DNA of 64,000 bases, from NCBI GenBank assembly GCA_051362555.1, contig CM120640.1, positions 32,135,967 to 32,199,966 of the forward strand. The letters are read 5' to 3'. Within the stretch, counting starts at the first letter, position 1, and the number at the start of each line of letters is the position of its first letter. The position numbers and the translations under genes are program-made. Under the pieces are notes generated by a model. The model was not told where the DNA came from. It worked only from the letters and a program-made list of their open reading frames with translations, and ran no database searches. This document shows positions 29,490 through 42,113 of this stretch, piece after piece. The stretch is from Lingula anatina. Taxonomy: Eukaryota > Animalia > Brachiopoda.

Positions 29490-30036
29490 ATCGTTTGGAA
29501 TGAAAATTTGAAAAATATTTGCCTCTGACAGGGGAATTGTTTAGCATAGCATTTGAGAAAATCATAATCTAAGTCCTTTCTATTTCCCTCACTAATTCTA
29601 ATCCTTTCCCTCCTGAAGAATGCTGGGTGCACACAGTCATTCCTCGGGTGTTGCATGTCACTGCTTTTCCGATTTTCTCAAGTGTGGTTAAGCAATTTAC
29701 ACAAGTACCTTTTAATCTCTAAATCAAAATGAACTTCAAATCGAAGTGGATAGTTACCTGAGATTATACCAAACGGTTTCAAAGTATGCTTGCTTTATTC
29801 CTTACTGGTTGTTCCACATTTCATGTTCAGTAAAGAGCAATAAAATGAAAGTATTGACGTTTAATTGTATATTTTTGTTATAACATTTGTTACAAAGGTG
29901 GGCAGTTTCCCTCATTCATTATAGATTTGTTCCTGGGATGTAGAAAAAATAAATTAATCCAGAATGAAGTTATTGGAGAGTTTAAATTGCATACTTATTA
30001 GATAATCTGCACCAATCTGCAATTAAAACATTTGAA

Positions 30037-30092
30037 AATAAACAATAGAGTGTCTGTTAATTCTGCATTTGATTTTTGAAATGTTTAATAAA
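30037..30092 (+). terminator. Candidate polyadenylation signals for the array transcript
   Basis: AATAAA at 30037-30042 and 30087-30092, each followed by GT/T-rich sequence; ATTAAA at 30022. Such hexamers are common in AT-rich DNA. Confidence 0.35.
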
Positions 30093-30202
30093 GTTTAAGG
30101 CTTTCTAGTGTCATATTGTCTAGTTCGTATTCATTGCTAGTAATAGGCAAATGCACACACACAAAGAATGTATTGGATTGAAATGAGACAATATTGTTTT
30201 TT

Positions 30203-30208
30203 TTTATT
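30203..30208 (-). terminator. Candidate distal poly(A) signal of the KChIP gene (would give a ~3.6-kb 3' UTR)
   Basis: TTTATT on + strand (AATAAA on -). Other candidates lie near 32627 and 33052. Confidence 0.2.
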
Positions 30209-30548
30209 CCTGGGCCTTACACATTGTAGTAAAATTATTTATGTATGCTTTACAAACTGTTTCAATTTTGTGCCCCCTCCCCTTTTAAGAAAATCAGCGT
30301 GCCAGTGCCCCCCTGTCTGCTACAAATGCCACTGATAGAAGTAAAGAAATACCAACATGTCTGAGAAGAGGCTTAATTACAAGCCTGATGCTATTTTACA
30401 CATTTATAAAGATCAAATAGATGGTATCGATTCAAATGGCTTTGTAAACAAGTAAATACTTGAACTACAAAATAAAGGGCCAAAAATAAGAATCTTTGCA
30501 TTTTATAACTTTTTAGGTAAATAGCCAGTTTTTCTTCTGACATTAAAG

Positions 30549-30588
30549 CAGTGGTGGATTTAGAGGGGGGGGGGGGGGGGGGGGGGGG
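30549..30588 (+). repeat. G24 homopolymer preceded by CAGTGGTGGATTTAG, a possible terminal remnant of a hAT-like MITE
   Basis: Poly-G at 30565-30588; the upstream motif resembles the terminus of the element at 63356. Confidence 0.4.
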
Positions 30589-33500
30589 AGAAGGAGTACA
30601 AGAAAAGATCATATGTAAAAGCTTATATTCCCACAAACTAAAGTATTTTTTCTCACAACTGAAACACTAAATCAAAGGAATATGCTTTCCCTTTACCACC
30701 TTTTCGGAAGTGCTTCGAGCCCTATTAACGTTCGCTGGATTGGGATTTTTGATGCGTTTAACTAGCGACACGTATGCCCAAGTATATTTAGGTTGTGTTA
30801 TTTCAGATTGCATCATCTGGGATCAGAACTCAAATGAAATGACATACATCGACAGCAGAGTTGAACAGTGCTATTCAAAAGTACCTGTTTCCTGGTTGCT
30901 TCTGTCATTAAATGTATAGTTTCCATATCTTTGATGTTCCATTTTTGAATCAAAGGCATAGAAATACTTTAATTCAAATAAAGAAATGGAATAAAAGCAC
31001 AATAGCATTGAGTAAAAAAAAGTCATCTTTGTAAATGAAGACAGAAAACGTGTAAACTTTAAAGATATTTATGTTTATTAATGTCCAGTACAAACAACTA
31101 CACGGTGAGCTGGTGTGAAATGATATTAGTAAGTTTACAAACTTGTCAAAACTGGAAAAATGAACCAGACAATAATAGTGATGTTCAAGAGAATCACAGT
31201 TTTCATAAAACACATTAGTTGAAAAGCCCGTGTGAATTCATTGTCTATCTAATACTTGAAAAATATGGGAATTATTTCCTCTGACATTCTAATAAAAGCA
31301 AGAATACTGCAGTTGCACCATTGGTACATGTATTATGTTTCTATATACATAATTTAAAATAGTGTACACTACAGCTATAATGCATGTATGAGCTTGGTAT
31401 GAACTTAGCATATCTACACTTTTAACATTAATAATTCTAGAATAAAAAGCCAAAAATAAGGTTGAATTTGTACCACAAAGAAGCTTTTTCTAACCAATGC
31501 TAATATTAAATTTCTTAAGCCTACATGATGACAACAAAACAGAAAGAAAACCACATTTATTATATTCATGTAAATATTGGAACACTTCATTCTTTAAAAA
31601 TTAATGAGAATCATCACAATTTCAGTGATACTACTAATAATGAGTTTCTTTGACTTTGTACACATTAATATTGCATTATTTACCCATACACTGTGTAGCA
31701 CCTTCATAATTGGAAGCTGTGGCTTACTGCTTATTAGAATGAAACACACTAGTTCACTGCACCATTATTTCCTCATCAACGTGCAGAGCATGCAACCAGT
31801 GTTACAGGAATTTCAAAAGTAGCACAATAATTACCTTTATTGTTCTACTTGCGTACTTTTTCTTTTAGTGATCTCAATAAATTTTTGTTCAAGACACAAT
31901 TATCTTTGAGCCGCAATGGAGCCTTTGTTGTACTTCACCCCCATTCTTTGTCTGAGGTAGAGGAAGGTAATATTTTAAACCATGAAAAGGAGTATTGTGT
32001 GGGTGCCCGAGATGTTTCAGTATTAATTTTATATTGATAACATCCATCTCTTTTCTAGGAGATTCAATATGCCTTGAGCCTTCACTTCCAAGTAGATCTC
32101 ATTCTATCAAAAACAGAGATATTCAAACAAACAAAATTAAATACTGTTAATTTCTAGGAATATGCTATATATATATATATAATTTATACTTGGTAATATT
32201 TCAAACCATCCTAAAGGAACAAAAAAGTTTAAACATTAAAAAGAGGTCAAGTTTTAAATTTCTTAAAACAAACTCTCATTAGCATAAATACTATAATGGT
32301 GATTAAAGCATACGTCTGTTAAATACTAGGATCCTAGTGTTTAAGTACATGTCTGTATGAGCAAAGGATAACAGCACTTATGAGTATCCAAGACTATGTT
32401 GGTGACTAAAGTAATTGGTATTAACTGTCCAAACTCTTTAACTATATACAATGTAGGAACACATCTACCAGAAGAATGCACTCCTGCTTGAAGTCACTGT
32501 GGTAGAGAAGATTGGTAAGACGCAATCATTCTCTCAACCTACCTACCTTCTTCAAATGCACCAACTTGAACACAATGCTGTTGCACATTTGGCTACTTTG
32601 AACCCCTACAGCATCTGTACATGTACTTTTATTGCAATGTCTGATACAAACACCAAATAAATGTCAAGAGTGATGTAAAGGTCTTTCGTATTACAATGCT
32701 CCATTGATTCAAATGTGAATATTTCAGCACACTTACACAGTAAGTGGCTGTAGACAAGAGAAAGTGGTGTCAGAGATCACCAGAACAGGTCAAAATATTG
32801 AATTTATCTTCTCAAAGAGCAAAGTTGCCAGACAGGTTAAGTAATATCTGTTTAACAATTCATTCCTCACAATGACCAGTAGCATTAGCTACTTTACACA
32901 TTTAAAAAAATGCTTTCATTACTATTTAACCTGTGGATTGCATGACAAAGCTTATTAATTTCAGTTTCATAAATAAGTAAGGAAATATAAATCAATTATA
33001 TAAATTACACTATCATAATTAATCACCCTGTGTTAACGATGACGTACTGGTTTTATTGACATGGTTTCTTGTAAGATGGAGCAATTTTTTTTCTTTTTCT
33101 TTTGATGTGGGAATTTTACAGTATGTGTCCAAGAAGAAAAATACATGGTTAAATTAATCAACGTCTAAATCTATATAAGGTCAGTTGACTGATCTCCACC
33201 TGAGAATCCCCATCTTCTGTAATTTGTCATTTAGCAAGGGCATGTACGTGCTTTTTTTTTTTTTCTTTTTTGCAATCACCAAGATAACAAAGAATACCTC
33301 ATCAATACATGACCACCTGAAAGTGCTCATCCCACACATTCTTAATGCTGGTGAACTGCGATAGCATCCCTTCCTCTTTGATCAATCAAATGAAATGGGT
33401 TTCAGTCTCCTGGAGCTGCACCCTGGTAATCTAATGTTTTCCTAGTGGCCTGGAGTCCCAACTATTCACTTTCATGTGACAGCTCTTCAGGGTGTGGCCA

Positions 33501-33816
33501 GGGTATTAGTAGATACCAGGCCATCTGGAGCTGAATGTCACATTTGCTGCACAAGTCAATAGGATATACTGTACATTCTTCCTTAAGCTGCCAGTGTCCA
33601 GGGGAGCAGCAAATGAGCACAGGTGAACCCAGGTCTGTGTATTATGTTATGAGACAGGGGGTTACACTTTGGTGATTATGATGACAGTTGTTATTATTAT
33701 TTATTGATAACAGTGCCATCATTGTGACTGCATTGACAGTGTGTGTTAGTAGTGCCTCACTGCAGTGCTGACAGTGACATGGTCAGTTCAAAAGGGTTGG
33801 AAATGTTAAGTCTTGG

Positions 33817-33864
33817 TCAAAGAACAGTGTCAAACACCCCTAAAGACTTCGATATACTCGCATC
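33817..33864 (-). CDS. KCNIP: KChIP last coding exon ([15 protein letters not shown])
   Basis: TTTTAG| acceptor, phase 0, 16 codons to TGA; resembles the KChIP C-terminal helix (D..I..S...F..V). Confidence 0.88.
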   Translation of the reverse strand, partial: DASISKSLGVFDTVL

Positions 33865-36800
33865 CTAAAAGATAAGAAGATAAATAATGTATTAGTATGG
33901 AATCATAATGGTTACAGTGATTTTTTTTTTCTTAAATTGAAAACATCATTTCTTTAGAATTGGCTTTTGCAAAATGAAATTGAAAAATGCCTGACTTAAG
34001 TTGTAGCAACAACATTAAAAGCTTCAAAAATATTCAAAAAGTCAGTTTCAAAAGTGCTTTTTCATTGTTGACCTAACAATAAAAGCTATTCTACAATCCA
34101 TTTGTTAAAATTAAACTTATTATAGATTAGTAAGAAGACATTAGCTACAAGATATTGTGCAAATGATATTTTAAAAATGAAAATTGGCATGAAGCTACAG
34201 GTCAAAGCTAGGTGAGGTTTTTATGTCACTGTCTACAAAATGTCAACCTGTCTTCCCTATAGAGATTCACAACATTAGATATAAAAACATTAGATATAGA
34301 CTGGGGTCTTGATTAAAGGAACATCACATCCTGTCTGTTCTCATGGACTTGTATCATAAACTCATATAGAGTTTTTGAAACTGTACGTCTGTTGTTTTAT
34401 AAGAGTGAAAGGGTAATTATCAGAAATGAATATCACTAGCCTTGCATAAAAAGTCCCACATTACTGTGAAAATAAAAGTTTAGTAAAATTCTTGTGTTGA
34501 ATCAAAATAAATCAAAACACATCAAGTGCAAAAAATTTATTAACAGCAAATAAGGTAACCTTTGTAAACTTTATATACAAATAGTGCTTATGTTTGTGCT
34601 ACTTGGTTTAAAAATGTAATTTCATCCTTAAAGTTATCACATAAATATAAAAATATCAAAATGAAACATTACACATTTGTGAAATATTTACTGTACCACA
34701 AGAAAGTTTCAGTACAACACAACATTACAGTAAATTACCACTCAGACTGACATCTCCCAATGTACGTAAAACCATCTTCAGCTTAGTGCATCTTACAGAT
34801 TACTAGTTACGAAGATCTAAATAACATGATTCCCACTTTTGTCACAAAGGTTCTGAACTTAAAAAAGAAAAAAAAAAAAAAAACATACAGAGATGGTAAT
34901 GTCCAATTCAGTGTTAGACCTTTATTAAGCAAACTTTTAATTTCCCTGGTGATTTCAACACTTCACCTTAGTATACCAAATCCAAACCTGTTCACAGAAT
35001 TCCTTAAAAGTAAAGGCAAAATTGCTAATATTTCCAGGAAAATCAATTCTTTTGCTATATCAAGGTCTATCATATACTGTATTTTTTAAATCAAATATCC
35101 AGTATGTCCTAAATGTAGTTTGTCGGCTATATTTTCCCTCTTAGCAAGGTTGACTTTTCTGTATTCAAATTATAATGATAACAAGATGATAGATGTGCTT
35201 GTCCAAGAATTACAGCATATTTAACCAATTTCTTTGCAAAATTTGCATAAAAAGAAAAAAAAATAAATAAAACACAGAAGTTAGTCTAAATAATCGCCCT
35301 TCCCAGTCTAACGAATAATAAAATGGGTTTAAGTTGTAAAAACTGAAACTCCTGAATACATAGCTTATACTTTCTTATCGCATTTAGACCAAATGAGAAA
35401 AAAAGATAAAAATGAAAATCCTGTATGCAAGCATAATCATAAATACTTTTCTCCAGGTTATATCACTAGTGCCAATACACCACAAAATAAACTGTGATAT
35501 TCATGTTAGTATACATATGGGAATATGTTAGTTAAAAATGGGTTGCTTAAATGGTCCTGGTATAATTGGTATTAGTTATATAATATTTCACCCTTCAATT
35601 AATTACACGAATATATTAACACGTAAACCCAATGTCCTGAATAAGAAACGTAAAAAAAAGATCTCAGATTGCTTGTTGGACTTCTCTTTTGATGAATCAT
35701 GCACTGCAATGAAGCTTCTTTGTGAAATGTTAAAAAGACAATTAATGTGACAGAAAAGAAAATATTCAGGAAAAAATTTAGTCATTTTACCAGCTTATCA
35801 ATTCCACTTTTATCAGGGAGATTGACTTTTCTTCCAGGTCTAGGTTGGACCACCACCTACCTACGTTAATTTGAGAAATGACTAAATTACATTTTATCGT
35901 GCACTGTTGATAACTTAAAGTTTATTAAGAAAGGATGAAATGGAACCTGGTGCAAAATACAAATTGCCTATGAAATCCTATGGGAAGCCAATAATTTTCA
36001 GGTCATTTCTTATTCCCCTCAATATTATTTGGTTACTGACACATTAAAAAGACATTTAAAAGTTCCCATTAATGTAATGATATAAAAGAGATGTCTTTTT
36101 TTTTCATATCATATTTCTTTTCCTCATTTCTATCTAAATTGGTGTATTCCAACTTAGGGCCATTTGCCTAAAAAATAGCCTGACCTCTTCCCTCCTATTT
36201 TTACGGTCAAATAAGCATGAAAATACTAAATAAATAATGAGATTTAGAACCGTATGAGATCTCACAGGAATTGTGCTACATGTACAGGCCATTATAGAGT
36301 CCCATAATGTTTCGATGCAGAAAATGCATTAGGCTACAGGGAGGTACCTAGGCATTTGTCAGTTCACAAAAGTATTCCCAATATTATCCACTGCTTCTCC
36401 AATGTTTATAAAAACGGACCGATTACATGCCCCATATCTAAATGCCGGGGCTTTCATTTTAACTGGTAAAAGTTATATCATATTATCAGTTATTATGACT
36501 ACATGGCAGGTAACAAATACTTTGATTTTCTGGTATATATTCAAATACACTAAAATATAGTCTAGTTGCTATTCTACACTAGATATGGGGAAAAATGAGT
36601 GTGTTCACTCAATTGTTTTTCATTAGTACTTATCCTACTAAAATTAAGAGAAAAAACAGAAAAGTGAAAAAAAAAATGATTTCAAACAAATCCACTTTCT
36701 GGAACCACAAGTTCTATTAGTGTTAACAATTACATCTATGAGCATTACCAACTTCCTGTGTGCATGGACTGAACCAACAGCACAGTGCAAGCACAGCATA

Positions 36801-39800
36801 ATAATCAATATGTAGTGGAAAAAGCACTAACAATTTGGCATCAAGAGTGCACGGACTTGGCAGCCTGCAAAAGCACACAAGGGAGCTACAAACTACATGT
36901 AGCTGTACCAAAAATAATGAGCTGCATTAATTTCTGTCAGCCACTGCTAATGAGTACGTGTATATAAGCATCACATCAGTTAGAAAGATGCAAAGCATAC
37001 AGCTGTCGCCAATGTCTACTGCTCCTAGTAACTAGTACTACTGAAGGCAAATATGCTGTGTTAAGTGATGCATGCACACACAATCAAATGGGCACAACCT
37101 ATGCACATACAGATTCAGTTATAAGTCACACAACTATATATGCTACAGTAAAAATTAGCAACAAGCTAACCTCCTATTGTCCAACTTAATTTTGAAATAA
37201 TTATGGCCATTTTAAACAGAAAAAGAACACTTTAACCAGTTGATATCTTATCAACCAAAAACAAAACTAATTTATGCTTTCTGTAATTTACTTAAACGTT
37301 AAATTCCAAATTTTAAGGAAGACAAAAATTAGGATTATTGTGCAAACAAACTATGCATAATTATGCCAGTTTTTACCGTATCACATCATTTCTTTTCCCC
37401 AACCTCTGCCCTTCAAGACTGCAGTAGCTTAATTAAGTCAATGATCAATAATAAAGCAGGATAGCTAGACATAAAGATTGGCCCCCTCCCAAAAATATAA
37501 AAAAAATTTAAAAAATAAAAAATAAATAAAAAAAAGATATATTGTGTGTGAAACTTTTTTTGAACTACAATACTGATGTTTTACATAAAAAGCACATTTT
37601 CTGTGAATGGGTCACAAAGATTCTGCAAATAATTTTTTAAAGACAAGCCTGTTGGGATTATCTTAAGACTGATATGAATATTTACCCTGATCAGCCTAAT
37701 GCTTGGGTTGAAAATCTTGAATTACACATGGTCCACAACAGAAAAAGTGCTTTATTTGAAAGCCACATGGCTATGCTTAACATGCTGCAGTACATCTTTA
37801 AAGCAGCCCATAAAATCTAAAAAAAGAATTTAGTTTGGCAAGAAAAACCTTAGCAAATACATTTAGCCTATACCTTAATTAAGGTACAAACTGTTCTTTG
37901 CATATTTTACTAAGTATAAAGGTTTGGGTTTTTAAGTTCACTCTTAATTCCGTTCATTACAAAATACACTCTCTTATCATTATATTCAATGTCTTATTAC
38001 AATATGTAGTAAATTGGACTGCAAACATACATATGTGGCACCATCAACATTCCTTATTTGGAAGACACTTAAAGAGTATCAAAATATTACCTTTAACAGT
38101 ACCTTAAATTTACAAAAGAACAACTTTTAAATTACTCAATATCTCAAATACTACCTTGGAAGACATAATGGAATATTTGTAAAAAAAATTCTTAATTTGT
38201 TCAACTTCAAGAAAGTTTCAACTGTACAGGTAGAGGAATATAAAATCTGCCCTGTAGGTTTAGATGTACTTATGTGGTAAAGTAGCAGGGATCTTGGCTG
38301 GCATGGCAATTAAAGACGAGGTAAGCTTCTTAACTAAGTCATCCACCACATCCTTGTCCTATATGGGGAAAAAAACAACAACAACACAAAAATCAGCATG
38401 CTTCACTTGGAGAGAAAAGTAAACGGAAAGCAAACAACATTCACAAGACAAATTAACTCATTTGAATGTGCATGCATCTGATGCAAGTGGTGTGCTGGGA
38501 TGGTGAATCAGACTTTTTTCTAATTTACAAACATGCTGCCGCAATAAACATTTTTCCTTTCTGAGATGGTCAGTTTTGCTGCCTATGTGCTGTCCAATAT
38601 TGCAGGCAAAATCGCAAAAGGCAAGGCAAAATACAAATCTAATTGAAAGAATTTGTAGAAAATGAATTGTTTCAAGGCACCTTGCTTTGGCAAAATCACC
38701 ACTGGCACAATGTCATATACATTCACTTTACTAAAGTATACAAGAAGGTTTAAATTGATCGAAGTTTGGAATTACTGTATATAGCATTTTGTCAATAAAA
38801 AATGCAATATTCATGATTCAGGCCTCCGTAACAACAAGACATTTTTACCAAATTACAGTGGAATGTTCGGAACTGTTAATCATATATGCTCATAATTGCA
38901 TGCAGTAGTTGGGCAGACCTAGACAAAATACTGCACTTGCTAGTACATGTAATAAAAAAAATTTAAGACAACATGAAATATAACACAATATAGTAAGAAC
39001 TCATTTCTAAATCGTATGCAGGAGATTAACAGAGAGCAAACAAGAACATGATATCAAAATGAAAAATAACATATCCAAATACAGTGTTTCAAACCTTTGC
39101 TTTGGAAATTACACATAATAACATACGGATTGTATTCAATAAAGTTCCTAACAAGATATTTCACACAAGACAATCGATACACGTCTTGGGAGAGTCTTAT
39201 ATTTAGAAACCTTCCTGTAAAGCTGTCATACTGGTAAAACATTCTGAGCCAATAACATAAAAATGCCTTCCACCGAGTTCTTATACACCAAACTTGTTTG
39301 AGAGGTACCATTAGCTCTATACCGTAACATTGATCAGATAAACTGAATTATGTATTGGTACACACAAGAACATGTTGTACTGAAGTGGACTGTCAATCAG
39401 ACACCAATGCCTGCATTAAATGGGCAAACAGTGCAGCAGTAGAAACTCGTCAAACGGTGAAAAATTGCCAAACTGAACCAGAAAATAACAGAATAACAGT
39501 CACATAAAAACAAAATCTAACAAAGAAAGATGTTTAGAGATGTATTCTCATTATATTATGTAGCATTTTACACAGTGGTTCCATACATGTTTGAACTAGT
39601 ACAGCTTTAATTCATCTGGACGTTGCATAACTTTTGGGAAAACAAAAGGATGCTTTTGTTTTGGAAACAGTTCCCAGCAAATACACCCCATGGATGCAAA
39701 GCCTGGTTTTAGAAGATTGCTATATATAGCTTAATTATATTACATGACAGGAACAGCAAAGAATACATTTGGATTTCGTGCACGCTGATAGCTCGCATAT

Positions 39801-42082
39801 ATGTTACCAATTATAGCAACGAAGAAACCTCCATCACCCTGGAAATGCATAAATATAAATGTATCTATGACATAAAAACTACATAAGCAGGGTCATAAAT
39901 ATTGTTATCTGACAAATATTTCAGCATTACATACAAGCAGCAGGATGTTAACGACTTTGCCAATCTCTGGAGCAGGTGTGAGAAACTGTATTTTTAGAAA
40001 ACTGCTGCATATTTGGGTTTTTCTACTCTAGTCACAGTCATCTCTGAAGGCACTTTAGGTTCTCATAAAATAGAATTCTTTATTAAATAAGTTATGTAAG
40101 TGAACAATTTAATGATACTCAAAAGAAAAAGATGGTATGCTCTTATAATTTAATTTCCTGTTGAACAAAAATGACGTGTATACTAAGTAATAAAGGAATG
40201 CAAGCCTATTCCCTGAGTAATAAAGAATGCAAACAGCAGTGTTCCTGTGGTCTTTCCAGAGTGTGGTGAAAGTGATTGTCTGAACAACTTTTACCTACCA
40301 AAACAGGAATATAAAAGACTGTGCATGACTAAGCACATTAGTAAAACTGATGTACAATATGGCAATTTTGAAACAATAACTTGTAAAACATTCCTTTCTA
40401 TATTTATTCCACGTTTTAAAAAAAAATCATGTTTTGGTTAAAAAAAACCCTTAAATACAAAGCACATCAGTTTTACTGTTAATAGTATTCCTGTTAAAGA
40501 CCAGAAGAAAATATTTTTTGATAAAAGACTATTTTTTGATAAAAGACCTGCTATCCCCCTCAGAAATCTTTCTCTGATCACCAAATACATTCTATTTACC
40601 AGAAACTAAAACACGTTTACAATTGCCACCAAACTTTGTGTGTACCTGGCTCAGACTTAATGCTTTGTTGAGTTCTTAACATGTGACGGTCATATTGCAG
40701 CCAATGGATTCTCTTGCTGCCTTTAAGTGTATACCCCTGTCACATATGTATGATGTAACACAATATACTTTTTTCCTTTATTGCAACACACACACACACA
40801 CACATACTTGATTCAAAATAAAATGTTAAATTAACACAAGACTTGGTCAGGCTAGACCTACCTCTGCAGAATAAAAAAATGCCCTCCATCAGAGGTCATC
40901 AATAACTAGATTTTGACTGCCTCCTAATTATATTACTGAAAGATTGCTTCCCTGCAGAGCAAAGCAAAAGTCAATACAAATTCAATTGATTCTTGAAAAG
41001 TGACAGGAGAAGTAAATTACCACATAACTGTAGACTTTGCTTATATTAGACTGATTACAGATATCTCCTTAGCTTCTTCAAACTCCCCCAGAGTGAGCTA
41101 AGTTTTGATAACAGGCCAGTTGAGTTTCTTTATGAGTTTCTTTATAAAAAGTTCATTACTGTCATCAATCTTTTTTTATGTAAAAGTGCTATATTTCATG
41201 TGCAAATTGTGCTTGATCCATAATATTCCAAATAAAAGGTCTGTATTAAATAATAAGCTTGAGTGTCCAACAATATTCTCTCATATGATTAATATGCTTA
41301 ATACTGAGACATTAAAACAAATTCAGTCAAACATTTCTGTAGGATTCTGTAAACTTTCACTGGCACAAATAACAGAGAGATAACTAGTCAAGTTACACTA
41401 TCAATAAAAGCCACACCAAAATGTTCTCTTTGGTTCCCATTGGCAAACATTGTACACGGTTGTTAGACCTTATCCAAGAGCAGACCAAAAGGGATACATT
41501 ATAGATTATAAAGCCTTGAAGCACTATCAGAAGACTAATGCAGCGTACTCTGGGGACCTGTACTGATGGAACAATTACCAATATCACCCCTCCAGCACCG
41601 CTTTCTGGTACCTACTGTCTGACATAGATAACCAGATCTATAAGTGATGAGTCCAACAAATGGGATATCAGAGTTATTTTAAATCTCAATGCAATATAAG
41701 AATAACAGAGAGATGGAAAACTATTTGCACAACATCTTCTCCAAATTTATTTTATCTTCAATTCAATCCACAGTTTACATGCATGTGCCCTGTTTTCGCT
41801 GTCAGTCTGTCTTGCTCAATACCCTAGGGTACTATAAGGAAATGTAGCCATCATGCAAAGTTATGACACCAGCTTTATATGTTTTACTAATAATGACAAA
41901 AATGATAATGCTTACCCCTCTGCAAGCTTCCATGAACTCATCCATAGAGATAAAACCATCTTTGTTCAGGTCCATTTTCTGGTTAATTAAAAAAACAACA
42001 CAAAAGGAATAATTTTGGATGTACAATGGGGATAATTTTTACCCATGAATGTATGTGACAGTAATAGTGTATCTGATGAAGG

Positions 42083-42113
<31 letters not shown>

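Larger units (their letters stand above)
1..30100 (+). ncRNA. Putative highly multi-exonic non-coding or smORF transcript formed by the array; 3' part only
   Basis: Nearly every unit has AAG|GTTAGT, CTAAC/CTAAT about 22-27 nt upstream of TTTCYTTTACAG|. Examples: intron 52-141, exon 142-221; B exon 989-1067, intron 1068-1141, C exon 1142-1203. The last acceptor (29455) opens into unique sequence with AATAAA at 29839, 30037 and 30087. No expression data. Confidence 0.5.
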
